Position numbers and translations under genes: made by a program
From: a virus
Direction: 5' to 3' (one strand)
IMG/VR virus record: IMGVR_UViG_3300022839_000011
Coordinates: 24,701-88,700 of that record
Length of the DNA stretch: 64,000 nucleotides
Part shown: piece by piece, positions 45,986 through 56,699 of the stretch
Layout of the letters: each line of letters begins with the position of its first letter
How positions within the stretch are numbered: position 1 is the first letter of the stretch
The notes under the pieces: model-generated
Told to the model about the DNA's origin: nothing
Database searches by the model: none
What the model saw: only the letters and a program-made list of their open reading frames with translations

Positions 45986-47805
45986 GACAACATAAATTCC
46001 TTTCTTTTGTCGGCTGCTTTACCAAACATCATTTCAAAATGAGTTTCATCATCAATGCCGACAACATCCAATACTGGATTGTTAACAATAACGTCATATT
46101 CTTTAGTCTCAAGCGAACCAAGACCTTTGATATAGCGATGATTATATCCTTTACTACTATTCTTAAACTCCATTGCATCACTATAGTTATAAAACCACTT
46201 TGTTTCATTGCCTTTAGTGGAAATCATAATAGGCGAACGAACAATACCAACACAACCATTTCTTACAAATTGTGGCCAAAACTTAAAGAAGAATGCGACC
46301 AACAAAGAAGCAATGTGATGCCCATCTTTATCAGAATCACACATAATTGCGATTTTAGCATAATTCATATTACTGTAGCTTTTAGGATTATTAATATCCA
46401 ATCCCAAAATAGAAACCAATTCACTTAGCTCTTTATTCTTTAGAACATCAGTTGATTTCATATCCCAAGTATTCATAACGACGCCCCGCAATGGATACGC
46501 ACCAGAAAGCTTAGGGTTTCTAACTTCCAAAAATTTAGAAATAGCCGAATCACCTTCGACTAAAAACAAAGATGCTTGATCAGATGAAGCAGCGATATGT
46601 TTTGCCACTTTTACCTTTTTGAGTTTCTTTTGCGCCACGATTGAACTTCTCAATTCGTCAGCATTTTTCTTTGCTATTTGTGCTTCTATGATTGGCGCAA
46701 TAATATCATCAGCCGCAAACAACTTTTTGGCAAGTAATTTGAAGTCTTTGTTACAATACTTTTCATAGTGCGATTTTACTTCACCAAGTGAATTTGTCAA
46801 TCTTTCTTTTGTCTGACTGTCATATTTTGGATTAACAAAATTTCTGGCAAACGAAATAAATGTGAGACCGTTTTTGACCACGCTTTTGCCGACTTCAATT
46901 TTATGCTTTTTCTTAATCAAAATTAGAAGTTCTTCTACTACAGAGTTCACAATATAGTCAACATAAGTGCCGCCTATCCTTGTGTTTACCCCATTATTGA
47001 AGCTGTTTGAGCGATATCCATCATTTGATGATGTAAAGAAAAAAGACAGATTGTCATTTTTTTCGAGTATTACCGAAGTTCCCTCACCACTAAACATTTC
47101 CGAATATTTTTTGATATCGCGCACTTGAATTTTCTTGCCATTGAACGAAAATGTAATTTCTGGAAATGACATTTGCAGACCTACCAAACGATCTTCTACA
47201 AGCGCGGCAGTATCAAGATCACCAAGAGAATCTACTTCAAACAAGGAAAAATCAGGTGTGAATGATACCGACGTTCCATTACCTGCTTTTTTAGATTCAG
47301 TAACTACAATATTTTCAGCGCCATTAGTACAATGCACTGTAAGGCATTTACCCAATTGCCAAGTAACCCCTTTAAATTCTGATGATACGAAATTAGTACA
47401 AGAGCTACCAACACCATTTGCGCCAATAGAAACCCTATCATCTGTGAAACTTGTCCCTGCATTAACACGTGTCCAAGCGGCAACTGGCCTTTTTATTTTT
47501 TCGCCTTCAGGTGTCACCACTAACTCTTGTGGAATACCAGTACCATTATCTGTTACTGTAACTTGATTTCCTTCGATAGTAACATCAATTTTATTGGCAT
47601 ATTTGTAGTTTTCTCTAATTGCACAGTCAATTGAATTGTCGATGATTTCATCAATAATTTTGTTTAGAGATGGGACATAACAAACAGTTTCCCATTTGCC
47701 GCCTAAAAACCTATCGACATATTCTTTAGATGATGAACCAAGATATAGACCAATTCTCTTGCGAACATGTTCTCTTGGCGACAAAATCTGAAATTCTGGA
47801 GTCAT
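45982..47805 (-). CDS. 39: DNA topoisomerase II large subunit (fused gp39+60)
   Basis: EIIDNSID, DNGTGIP, GANGVG, VEGDSA, PLRG, DSDKDG, KGLGS. Confidence 0.97.
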   Translation of the reverse strand: MTPEFQILSPREHVRKRIGLYLGSSSKEYVDRFLGGKWETVCYVPSLNKIIDEIIDNSIDCAIRENYKYANKIDVTIEGNQVTVTDNGTGIPQELVVTPEGEKIKRPVAAWTRVNAGTSFTDDRVSIGANGVGSSCTNFVSSEFKGVTWQLGKCLTVHCTNGAENIVVTESKKAGNGTSVSFTPDFSLFEVDSLGDLDTAALVEDRLVGLQMSFPEITFSFNGKKIQVRDIKKYSEMFSGEGTSVILEKNDNLSFFFTSSNDGYRSNSFNNGVNTRIGGTYVDYIVNSVVEELLILIKKKHKIEVGKSVVKNGLTFISFARNFVNPKYDSQTKERLTNSLGEVKSHYEKYCNKDFKLLAKKLFAADDIIAPIIEAQIAKKNADELRSSIVAQKKLKKVKVAKHIAASSDQASLFLVEGDSAISKFLEVRNPKLSGAYPLRGVVMNTWDMKSTDVLKNKELSELVSILGLDINNPKSYSNMNYAKIAIMCDSDKDGHHIASLLVAFFFKFWPQFVRNGCVGIVRSPIMISTKGNETKWFYNYSDAMEFKNSSKGYNHRYIKGLGSLETKEYDVIVNNPVLDVVGIDDETHFEMMFGKAADKRKEFMLS

Positions 47806-47920
47806 AGTAATTCCTTTGTATTAAATATAAACATCATAATATATCAAAAACCCAAGAATGTCAATATCATTCTTGGGTTTGATTCACAAAAACTTACTCA
47901 ATTGGACTAGGGACCGATTA

Positions 47921-49219
47921 TCAATTTTTCCACAATCTCAAAATTACGGTGTTGATATTTGTTCCACTTTCACTAAAAGATCCTACAGGCAAAGAACTCC
48001 ATCGCAAATGTTTCCAATTAACATCGTTTTTTTCAGCCCATTCTTTAGTAATCTTATTATGATCATATCTTGCTGTCACTGGCAAAATTGAAACCAATCT
48101 GCCACTGGGCTTCAACCACTTTAACGCGGTTTCGATATGTTGCAAGTAGTGCATTCCATAGAACGGTGGATTCATCACAACACCATCAAACATGGCCGTA
48201 GAAGGCTGGTCTAGGAAATTGCCGATAGTCACCTTATGGCCCTTTGCACGGGCTTCGGCAGCCCTCGTTGGGTCATATTCCACACCCCAAGTCTTGTATC
48301 CATCTTTTACTAACGCATCCATAATGCGACCACACCCACAAGAAGGCTCCAAAATAAGACCATCTTTAGCAACACCAAAATCGTAAATCAGTTGGCTAAC
48401 TACTGATACTGGTGTTGGGTAATATTGCAAATCTTTAGATACAGCAGTAGATTTACGCTTTTCGCTTTGTTGTTCCGCCGCATCTGGTAATGTATCGCCA
48501 TAATATTCGCCCAATGCGCGATTGACATCTAATAGTGTATATTTGTCAAAAATCACATGACAGTTTGAATTTTTAAACCGCTTTAATGTGATGCCATCAT
48601 TTTCAGTTGGTGTTTTCAAAGATTTGGCAATCCATTCACTCAATTCGACATATTCAATAGGTGCTTTGAGTTGATATGAACGAATAGCATTAATAAGATC
48701 GTTGAGTTTTTCACGACCATACCCATACGAAGACAAGTTGCTAATGATTACTCTTTTTGGCAATCCTTCAACACCAATTTTAACTTTACTATGTGACCTG
48801 TATGCAGGGTCCAAATCACAAAATACTTCCGCAAGACCCCTAAGAATATTTCCTCTTGGGTCTTTAATATAATCCCCAAATTCATTTCTGATATTTTGAA
48901 TAGTAAATGATGGTGGGTCTTGAAGCATCTTGTCGATTCTCGCCTTGTCTTTAGCCGTAGCAAGACTAACAATCCATTGGTCATATACCCGTCTCCACGC
49001 AGAACACAATAAAACATGTTCAAGTGTTCTCATAGAAGGGTCTGGTCTTCCAGAACGCCCCCAAACATCTCCACCATAAGAACCACCAATACTAACATTC
49101 ATTAGTATATCTTGTACCGATTGCGCCAATGCATTTTTACTTTCTACTAACGTATCACGCTTCTTTTCATATTCAATTACCCATTCAGAAGGCATTGGTT
49201 TTTTTGCAGGTAGATTCAT
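47921..49219 (-). CDS. DUF4942-like domain plus N6-adenine methyltransferase
   Basis: YYPTP, LEPSCGCG, MNPPF, FSESGT; KRFKNSNCH.IF. Confidence 0.8.
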   Translation of the reverse strand: MNLPAKKPMPSEWVIEYEKKRDTLVESKNALAQSVQDILMNVSIGGSYGGDVWGRSGRPDPSMRTLEHVLLCSAWRRVYDQWIVSLATAKDKARIDKMLQDPPSFTIQNIRNEFGDYIKDPRGNILRGLAEVFCDLDPAYRSHSKVKIGVEGLPKRVIISNLSSYGYGREKLNDLINAIRSYQLKAPIEYVELSEWIAKSLKTPTENDGITLKRFKNSNCHVIFDKYTLLDVNRALGEYYGDTLPDAAEQQSEKRKSTAVSKDLQYYPTPVSVVSQLIYDFGVAKDGLILEPSCGCGRIMDALVKDGYKTWGVEYDPTRAAEARAKGHKVTIGNFLDQPSTAMFDGVVMNPPFYGMHYLQHIETALKWLKPSGRLVSILPVTARYDHNKITKEWAEKNDVNWKHLRWSSLPVGSFSESGTNINTVILRLWKN

Positions 49220-49220
49220 T

Positions 49221-49829
49221 TCATTTCACCTTTTTGGGACGGTTAATGTAAGTACATTTCTTTTCGCCGTTAGAACTTGTCCAATGCGATTTTACCATCG
49301 CAACAAGACTAATTTTTTCACCAGTTGCACAATCAAGGGGCTTGGAACCTTTGTAAACAACTGGGTTGCCTTCAGAATCACGAAGCATATTGGTGTATTC
49401 CGGACCGTACATACCAACATTAGAAAATACCGCAATCAAAGTAAGATCAAATGCGCAACGCTTTCCCAAATCACCTACATGGGAAATGGTCTTGTCAAAT
49501 TCAAAGGTTTGATCTTTTGCAATCTCTGCACCAGCCTTAATTTGGCCTTTTGTTCCTTCAATTGTGTATACTTCACCATCACAGTATACCCACAAATTGT
49601 ACACTTTGGAACCTTGTGTTTCTTCAGTCAGTTCGAAAGGAAGATATTCGCCGCCCCGAAACAAACGATCTGTGTGTTCACACAGATATCCGTCATATGG
49701 CGCATGAGCACGACCGTTACGATCAATTGTGCAGTCAGGATAGTACTCGCGGATAACATCAACAACTGCACGGGGAGTCTTGGCCTCCATCGCGGTCTGA
49801 ATCGCGGCGATATTAGTTGCAAAGTACAT
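49221..49829 (-). CDS. hypothetical protein with C-terminal OB-fold-like region
   Basis: RAHAP.DGY..GGEYLP; HVG.LG.R..D..GN.VVY..INRP. Confidence 0.55.
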   Translation of the reverse strand: MYFATNIAAIQTAMEAKTPRAVVDVIREYYPDCTIDRNGRAHAPYDGYLCEHTDRLFRGGEYLPFELTEETQGSKVYNLWVYCDGEVYTIEGTKGQIKAGAEIAKDQTFEFDKTISHVGDLGKRCAFDLTLIAVFSNVGMYGPEYTNMLRDSEGNPVVYKGSKPLDCATGEKISLVAMVKSHWTSSNGEKKCTYINRPKKVK

Positions 49830-49918
49830 GTCGTATCTCCTAACTGCGTTACCTTATGAAAGTAATTTAGGCCAGAATCCTTGCAGTGTCAATAGAAAAA
49901 AAGAATATTGTCAAAAAA

Positions 49919-50089
49919 TCACACGACCTTATGACAATATTCTTGGTTCTGAAGGCTCACTTTTTCTTTTCTGCGCAAAGCTTTTTTGCTTTTTCCATGC
50001 GAACCAGCCCCTGCACCTTGACGATGAATAAGAGATACGACGAACTCGTTTCTCTCTTTCGGTTTATCTTTTTTGTGTTTTCGTTTCAT
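49919..50089 (-). CDS. small basic protein, candidate ArfA-like ribosome binder
   Basis: RNEFV..GAGSHGKSKKALRRKEK. Confidence 0.45.
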   Translation of the reverse strand: MKRKHKKDKPKERNEFVVSLIHRQGAGAGSHGKSKKALRRKEKVSLQNQEYCHKVV

Positions 50090-50112
50090 GTCTTTTCTCC
50101 TGTATGACAATA

Positions 50113-50403
50113 TTATTTATATGTTGCTGGAATTACTTCTTTCCATTTTAGTTTGCGGTCAATAGATCCTACCATAGCATGATTTTCATATTCATTGGCG
50201 GCGTAAATCATAGCAGACCTGATCATATTTTTTTCTTGTAGCTTTTCAGTTGAGTATAGCTTTGCTTCTTCAAGTGTGTCAAATGTCATACTCACCCTTG
50301 AAGAAGTCGCTGGTTGAAAAAATACTACATTATATCTAACAGCATTATCACGAATTTTTTGTTCGTGTTGATCCATCGGTTTCATTTCGCCTTTTTTGGC
50401 CAT
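50113..50403 (-). CDS. hypothetical protein
   Basis: ORF in operon. Confidence 0.55.
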   Translation of the reverse strand: MAKKGEMKPMDQHEQKIRDNAVRYNVVFFQPATSSRVSMTFDTLEEAKLYSTEKLQEKNMIRSAMIYAANEYENHAMVGSIDRKLKWKEVIPATYK

Positions 50404-50407
50404 ATCA

Positions 50408-51175
50408 TCATTCCATAAATTGATTCAGTGGATTTGCATTTTCGATTCGTTCTTTTGCTATCTTAAAGTATTTTTCATCAAGTTCAATACCAATAAAGCT
50501 GCGATTTGTGTTTTTACAGGCCACACCAGTTGTACCAGAACCCATGGTAAAGTCAAGTACCGTTTCGCCTTCATTTGTGTATGTGCTAATAAGATATTCC
50601 ATCAAATCAACAGGCTTTTGGGTGGGGTGTAGCGGTTTATGTTCTGAACCATATTTCAATACTGAACATGGATAATTGGAAACTGTTTGGCTATATCCTT
50701 TAATTACACCATTTTCACGCTGGAAACCATGCGGGTCATCAATCTTTTTTCTTTGTATATGTACATCTACTTCGATTGTTCCTTGTGGATTGTATGGCAT
50801 TCTTTTTTTTGTTTGTGCCTTATGACCAACAACACCATTCGAAAAAACGCATATGTCTTCGTGCTTTTTTAAAGGCGAATTTGGAGCCTGTTGAAAATTA
50901 CCAGCTTTTGTTTTTTCCCACACCCAACAATATTTAAAATCACGCGCATTACTTGATATAAGAATACTTGTGAATGGCTGTGTAGAAAATAACACAATAG
51001 CACCATAAGGTTTAATAACCCTGTTCAGTTCTATCCACATAGGTTCTAAAGGTATGATTGAGTCCCAAGATAGACTAGTTGTGCCATATGGAATATCGGT
51101 AATTATTGCATCAACACTACCATCAGGGATGCTTTTCATCATTTCAAGGCAATCGCCTTGCATCAAGTTTATCAT
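50408..51175 (-). CDS. beta-class DNA methyltransferase (DIPY)
   Basis: TDIPYG..HPTQKP..DFTMGSGTT. Confidence 0.92.
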   Translation of the reverse strand: MINLMQGDCLEMMKSIPDGSVDAIITDIPYGTTSLSWDSIIPLEPMWIELNRVIKPYGAIVLFSTQPFTSILISSNARDFKYCWVWEKTKAGNFQQAPNSPLKKHEDICVFSNGVVGHKAQTKKRMPYNPQGTIEVDVHIQRKKIDDPHGFQRENGVIKGYSQTVSNYPCSVLKYGSEHKPLHPTQKPVDLMEYLISTYTNEGETVLDFTMGSGTTGVACKNTNRSFIGIELDEKYFKIAKERIENANPLNQFME

Positions 51176-51179
51176 ATTA

Positions 51180-51959
51180 TTACTCCATAAATTGATTCAG
51201 TGGGTTTGCATTTTCGATTCGTTCTTTAGCTATCTTAAAGTATTTTTCGTCAAGTTCAATACCAATAAAACTGCGATTCAAGTTTTTTGCAGCTACACCA
51301 GTTGTGCCGCTGCCCATCGTGAAGTCAAGTACGGTTTCACCTTCGTTGGAATATGTGTTAATCAGATATTCCATCAGCGCGACGGGTTTTTGGGTGGGGT
51401 GTATGCGCCCGACTGTTCCCCGCTCATCTGCCGATATGTGGATCAAATTTCTAGGGTAACGCATACCGTCAGCGCAAATTGTTGTTGATTTTACTTGTGC
51501 GCCATAATTTTCTGATTCTCTCGAACCAGTAGCAACGTAAGGCTTTCCCTGTGTCATTTGCGGGTTGTAATGCACCTGATCGCGATAAAAAACAATTACA
51601 TCTTCTGTTTGCCTTAGAGGCTGTTTTTTAGCATTTAGGTGGCCCGTTGGCCTATTAACCTTATCCCAAACCCAGCAATACTTAAACATCTTGACGTTGC
51701 TCATAATCAACGCTGACGTGAACGGCTGCGAAGCCGTCATTACAATTGCCCCGTTGGGTTTCACGATCCGCTTTAGTTGCGCCCACATTGGCTCAAACGG
51801 TATAACAGTATCCCATTTGCAGGCGGTGGTTCCATACGGCTACGGAGGGTCTACGAGGACCATATCCACCGACGCGGCGGGGATATGTTTCATCACGTCA
51901 AGGCAATCGCCCTGACGCAAATCTGACCCTCGTAAACCCAAGACTCCTTCTTGGCTCAT
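51180..51959 (-). pseudogene. beta-class MTase with an in-frame TAG (51840-51842) at the DPPY tyrosine
   Basis: MSQEG..GDCLDVM..VDPP*PYGTTACKWD; ATG overlaps the HNH stop codon. Confidence 0.8.
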
Positions 51960-52699
51960 GTTAAATAGTCCTTCATATTTTCTTTAACTGCGTCCCATTC
52001 TTTCTGGGTCATGTCGCATTTTGCACGGTTTTCAAACCACGTTAGGAATTGGAGGTTGTCCAATCTGTTACATCCGCCATTAGCGCGCGGATCAATGTGG
52101 TCTATCGTCGGTCTTTTCCATTTGCATTGTTCTGAGTGTAACCACCTTTCATATATGCAGTTGAACTGAGCATCGTTATAAAACTTAAAAACATAAGCTT
52201 TATAATCATCAGTTGTCATGTCAAACCTGCCGCCCCTGCACGTTATGGAACGATTGAGAAATTTAAGCTTTTCAATATCTTCAAACGACAAAAGCCATTC
52301 CGCAGAAACATCAAAGCGAAGGTGGCTGGCCATATTCTTGTAAAGGGACAACTTCGGCATCTTCTTTCCTTTTGCCCAGCTAGTCCTACATTTGCTTGCC
52401 GCGCCTATTTTGGCACGATGCTGATCCGAAAACGGCGCAAGCTTTCCCTTGACGATTGCTATTCCGTTTTGTTCAAGAACTCTCTTCACTCTATGGTGGT
52501 CAGTACTGCACGTTCGGGCCACGCTTCGCAATGTGGTAACATAGGGGACATAAGTAGACAAAATCATTTTATCGATGGTTTTCGCGCCGTCATATGTGCG
52601 CAGGTTATCATTGGGCGGATCAGTTAGTACCATATCAACACTACCATCAGGAATGTTTTTCATGATTTCAAGGCAATCACCTTGCATCAAGTTTATCAT
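51956..52699 (-). CDS. MTase N-terminal stub fused to an HNH endonuclease
   Basis: MINLMQGDCL..TDPPNDNLRTY, then HRAKIG (NUMOD3-like) and TIDHIDP..GG.N..DNLQ..EN.AK. Confidence 0.8.
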   Translation of the reverse strand: MINLMQGDCLEIMKNIPDGSVDMVLTDPPNDNLRTYDGAKTIDKMILSTYVPYVTTLRSVARTCSTDHHRVKRVLEQNGIAIVKGKLAPFSDQHRAKIGAASKCRTSWAKGKKMPKLSLYKNMASHLRFDVSAEWLLSFEDIEKLKFLNRSITCRGGRFDMTTDDYKAYVFKFYNDAQFNCIYERWLHSEQCKWKRPTIDHIDPRANGGCNRLDNLQFLTWFENRAKCDMTQKEWDAVKENMKDYLT

Positions 52700-52945
52700 A
52701 TTATTACTCCTTTTAGAAAACATAACACAAGAAATAATATTTGTAAACATGCATTTTATGTCTTGACAAATATAAAAATCCTGGTATAATAAATGTTAAT
52801 GGGATGAAGATAAAGTAACCTAGTGATTTTTATAAATTTAACAATAAAATTCTATATATTTAAAATCAGCTTCCAAAAACCTACAAATGTAAAAGGCTGC
52901 AAAATATCACAGCCTTTAATTTTCATATACATATTTATACTAATT

Positions 52946-53239
52946 TCAGTAAACATTTCCTGTCTTGTGTATGCCCACAGTGACTTTGACTTCTTCGCCC
53001 AAAATAAAATATCTATCTGATGCAGTTCGCAAGTTACTACTAAATGCTCTTACCAGCATGTCGTCGCCTTCAATCAACATTACATTTCTACCATCTGATG
53101 TGCTATGGACACAAACATATGTTGTTGATTTTTCTGCTTGTTTGATAATAGGCCCGTTGTTTTTTTGACAACCCGATTCTATACAATCTGCATAATCCCA
53201 TGCTTCTTTTCCACAAGAACACCCCCTATCATGACTCAT
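52946..53239 (-). CDS. hypothetical protein
   Basis: Cys-rich N-terminus; coupled in operon. Confidence 0.5.
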   Translation of the reverse strand: MSHDRGCSCGKEAWDYADCIESGCQKNNGPIIKQAEKSTTYVCVHSTSDGRNVMLIEGDDMLVRAFSSNLRTASDRYFILGEEVKVTVGIHKTGNVY

Positions 53240-53675
53240 TATATTTTGTGCTCTCTTTTAAAGTTTTCATTCTACGATTTGAGCAGTCTTGTAAAAACAA
53301 ATCTACATTTTTGCTTCGCTTACCTACACGGTAACAAAACTGACCACCAAAGTAAACGAGAAATTCGCTTGTGTAATTACATTCAAGTATAATTGTATAT
53401 GCATCTGTCATACTTGAACCACCCATACCACCATGTCCTAATGCGGTAGATGGCCAAGATTCTGCAAACATGGCAAAAACACAAAAATCACGAGTTGTTG
53501 GACGCCTTGCAAATTTTACTCTTTGTTCTTTAGCCAAAATTCTAGCTTCCGGTGTTTTTGCATTTAGCATAGCTTCATGATCATATGAGGCATATTCAAT
53601 ATCACTAAAACCTTGATACTGTGCGTGTGCCATACATTCATGTAGATCACGAATAGGATTTTCAACGTAATTCAT
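53229..53675 (-). CDS. hypothetical protein
   Basis: F...W.STALG.GG.GG..MT.AYT motif. Confidence 0.6.
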   Translation of the reverse strand: MNYVENPIRDLHECMAHAQYQGFSDIEYASYDHEAMLNAKTPEARILAKEQRVKFARRPTTRDFCVFAMFAESWPSTALGHGGMGGSSMTDAYTIILECNYTSEFLVYFGGQFCYRVGKRSKNVDLFLQDCSNRRMKTLKESTKYNES

Positions 53676-54076
53676 TTTGTTTCCTCTGCATTAATTACAA
53701 TTCTACCATGGGTAAGGGTAGTTGTGACACCGTTATGGTCTTCTGTCCAAGTTTTATTCCATGGCCCGCGAATAGTAAAACACCAAGATGTCTTATCAGC
53801 TATGACTCTATGATTTCTTTCGCGCCGAGTGATCTTAGGAATAAAACTGCGTTCATATGGCATATACTCTGGATTACCATTATATAATTTTTCTTCGTAC
53901 ATGTCACCTGAAATGAACCATGTGAATGCATTAAAAGCGTGGGTGTGATGTGCTTCGCGGCAACCTTTATTAAATTTCAATAATGCAACACTACATAGTG
54001 ATTTAATCTCGAATAAAAAATATGCATCAACTGGCGATTCTGGACCACCATCTTTTGTCTTAGTTAAAAATTTCAT
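53672..54076 (-). CDS. cupin-like protein
   Basis: HHTHAF....G...E..HRV..W....RGP. Confidence 0.6.
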   Translation of the reverse strand: MKFLTKTKDGGPESPVDAYFLFEIKSLCSVALLKFNKGCREAHHTHAFNAFTWFISGDMYEEKLYNGNPEYMPYERSFIPKITRRERNHRVIADKTSWCFTIRGPWNKTWTEDHNGVTTTLTHGRIVINAEETK

Positions 54077-54188
54077 GTTTTCCCCTTATTAAGGTTTATA
54101 TTGGCTACTAACTCATTACCGTCTATTGGCTCGCCTCTAGCCTCAAAGAATATTGCCACGGCTAGGCATAAGATTTTACCTGTCATAT

Positions 54189-54626
54189 TTATGGCGAATC
54201 TTTTGGGTTCTTGGCAGGGCTTACCTGAATAATTTGTAGGATAAGGTTTAGGTGTCTCTCAGCCCAAGATAAAGTGTCGTCTTTATCCATGCTGGAAACC
54301 CAAATACGACCTGCCTCAGTGTCCCAACGGGACCACTTTTCAATGGCGTGTGTTTGGCAACCTACCTGTAGTGTGTCATGAGTATAGCCTACTTGCCACT
54401 TATCAATCTGCATAGTCTTTAGGTAAACCATATCCCCGTAAGCTCGTAGATCGGCACACTCAAGATCGGCACCAATAAGATCAGCACCACGAAGACTTGC
54501 ATCACGAAGATCAGCATCACGAAGATCAGCATCACGAAGATTGGCACCAAGAAGATTGGCACCACGAAGATTGGCACCACTAAGATTGGCGTTTGGACCG
54601 ATTGCGTAACCATTAACGATATTCAT
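54189..54626 (-). CDS. pentapeptide-repeat protein
   Basis: ANLSG/ADLRD repeats; LQVGCQTH..W. Confidence 0.9.
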   Translation of the reverse strand: MNIVNGYAIGPNANLSGANLRGANLLGANLRDADLRDADLRDASLRGADLIGADLECADLRAYGDMVYLKTMQIDKWQVGYTHDTLQVGCQTHAIEKWSRWDTEAGRIWVSSMDKDDTLSWAERHLNLILQIIQVSPAKNPKDSP

Positions 54627-54693
54627 TGTATATACCCTTTGCTTTGTTTCAATTCTTTATCTCACAATTCTCTATGTGAGTCAATCGCTAAAT

Positions 54694-55413
54694 TCATTTT
54701 GCTAAATTTTCTTTTTGTAGATGAATTAATTGTTTCCAAGTATCACGCCAATCAACAACCTGATAACTATTTTTTATTATTTTTGCAAGTGGTTCATCAT
54801 TTCCACCCTGTTCCATCTTGTCACCAAAAAAATAAAGATTGTCATACTTCATATCAAAGTCTACAATTATTTGACCTTTATCCCAACCAGTAGGATGAAT
54901 ATCAATACCAGTATCACCACCTACTGTAGCGGTTATAAACTCAAATTTTTCGTTGATGGCGGCAGCAATGTTTTTACGTTCTTTATGGGCAGTATCCCAT
55001 TTAACGTAAATTTCTCTGTCAGATATAGAAGCACCGCGACCAACAATACTAAAATTAATCATGCCAGTTCTTTGTTCTATATGGTGCCCTTGCCTAATAG
55101 GAAATTTGCTTTCAGCAAGCCAATAATTTAAAGTATGAAAAATTTCTTTAGGAGCTTTCCATATTTTTTCGCGTATCAATAACTCATTGTATCTTACTTC
55201 GTTCCCTGCACAATTATATACATAAATTGGCAAACGTAGCAAGTATTCACCTAATTGCTCTTGTGTTTTTGTATAATCGCTACCAGTCACAATATAGACT
55301 TTGTTATCGATGCAAAATTTCACAAAAAAATCTTTAAAATTGTCATCTATAGATTTGCGGCTTGGTGTTAGTGTCCCATCTACGTCAAAAATAAACTTAT
55401 TCGTTTTGACCAT
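54694..55413 (-). CDS. HAD-IIB phosphomannomutase-like enzyme
   Basis: FDVDGTLT, VTGSD, RTGMINFS, GWDKG, FFGDK..GGND. Confidence 0.85.
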   Translation of the reverse strand: MVKTNKFIFDVDGTLTPSRKSIDDNFKDFFVKFCIDNKVYIVTGSDYTKTQEQLGEYLLRLPIYVYNCAGNEVRYNELLIREKIWKAPKEIFHTLNYWLAESKFPIRQGHHIEQRTGMINFSIVGRGASISDREIYVKWDTAHKERKNIAAAINEKFEFITATVGGDTGIDIHPTGWDKGQIIVDFDMKYDNLYFFGDKMEQGGNDEPLAKIIKNSYQVVDWRDTWKQLIHLQKENLAK

Positions 55414-55612
55414 TTACCATTTCCAAATACGAATAGAACAATGCTATGACAGCATTGTTCTCTACTAATTCACTATGGCGTTCGCCATTACGAAACCAAA
55501 AAGTTGGTCTATCGTTATTCATTGGGTCATACTCTATTGACCATTTGTCATCAATTTTTAGAATTTTCATTGCACTATTCCCTAATGTAGCATTCACGCA
55601 TAAAATCAGATA

Positions 55613-55963
55613 TCACCTTGTGATTTTTTCAATGTAACCTGCCCCAATATTTTCAGAATCAAAAGAGTTGAAGAAATCTACAAAATTATAAACTTCTTTG
55701 GTTATCATAAAACGATGGGGTATTGAAGAAAGACCAATTTGTCCGCATACAGGGGGGTCAACCATAAGATGTAGAACGCCGTTATACACACCTGCCGAAA
55801 AACTATGTCTTGGATATCTTTTCTTCCAAATTTCAAGCTGCTTGATAATAATTTTAGTCAAGCCTGTATTAACTTTGTTGCGCAAATTTTCAATGCCAAT
55901 TTCAACGTCATCTTGTAATTTTAGTTGTGCTGCACTTAAAGCATGATACTGATTTTTTGGCAT
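55613..55963 (-). CDS. hypothetical protein
   Basis: SD AAGGA. Confidence 0.5.
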   Translation of the reverse strand: MPKNQYHALSAAQLKLQDDVEIGIENLRNKVNTGLTKIIIKQLEIWKKRYPRHSFSAGVYNGVLHLMVDPPVCGQIGLSSIPHRFMITKEVYNFVDFFNSFDSENIGAGYIEKITR

Positions 55964-56699
55964 CATTAATCCTTTCAAGTAGTAATATATTGTGATACTA
56001 TGCCTATGTCGGCTTTGAGCCGTACTTGATTATATATCATATTTTCATGCCTTGTATTTCAGAAGGTATTGGTGTTGCATTGTATAATACTCCGTTTATT
56101 TCAAGTTTTACAATACACAGTAATCGTGTTCATGTCAACCAAAAAGATATACACCAGAAGCAGCCCACATAGCAAGCAGGAGACTTACTTTCCAGAAGCA
56201 AAATTCACTTGCCCGTATGTCATTTTTTTTGAAAAAATACCTGTCGGCAATACTGACAAAAATAACCAAAAGAATTGACAAGGTCGAAAGAGCAAACACA
56301 GAAGAGGCTAAGATAATACTGAACATTTATTTTGTTCCTTCATTAGATCGTTTCAATTCATTTTTTAGAGTGGCAACAAGCGCAGGCACCAACTGCATGT
56401 TGATGCATAATAGCAGATCGGATTCCAGATTATCAAAAGGTCCGTCCCATACTTCCAGACACCCAGATTTGTTTCTTGTGTTAAATCTCATGATATCCCT
56501 TATCGTAATATGTTGCACGCTCGTATGACGAAAGGTCATTTAGCGAAAGATAATCGGACTCTGTAAAGCCTTCAATGTCAACGCCTTCACCAAACCCAAC
56601 GAGGTTGTTCTCACTGTCGAAGCAGGAATACCCATAACTGTCATATCCGTTTTCATACGTTATCAATACAACTACACGAGTCATAAGTCAATAACAATA

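Noticed and set aside
44491-52699. Diversity-generating retroelement or invertase shufflon behind the MTase repeats
   Set aside because: No reverse transcriptase or site-specific recombinase is in the window, the repeats are direct, and the differences are not adenine-specific.
54440-54595. CRISPR-like or tandem DNA repeat array
   Set aside because: The 15-bp periodicity is explained by pentapeptide codons, and there are no spacers.
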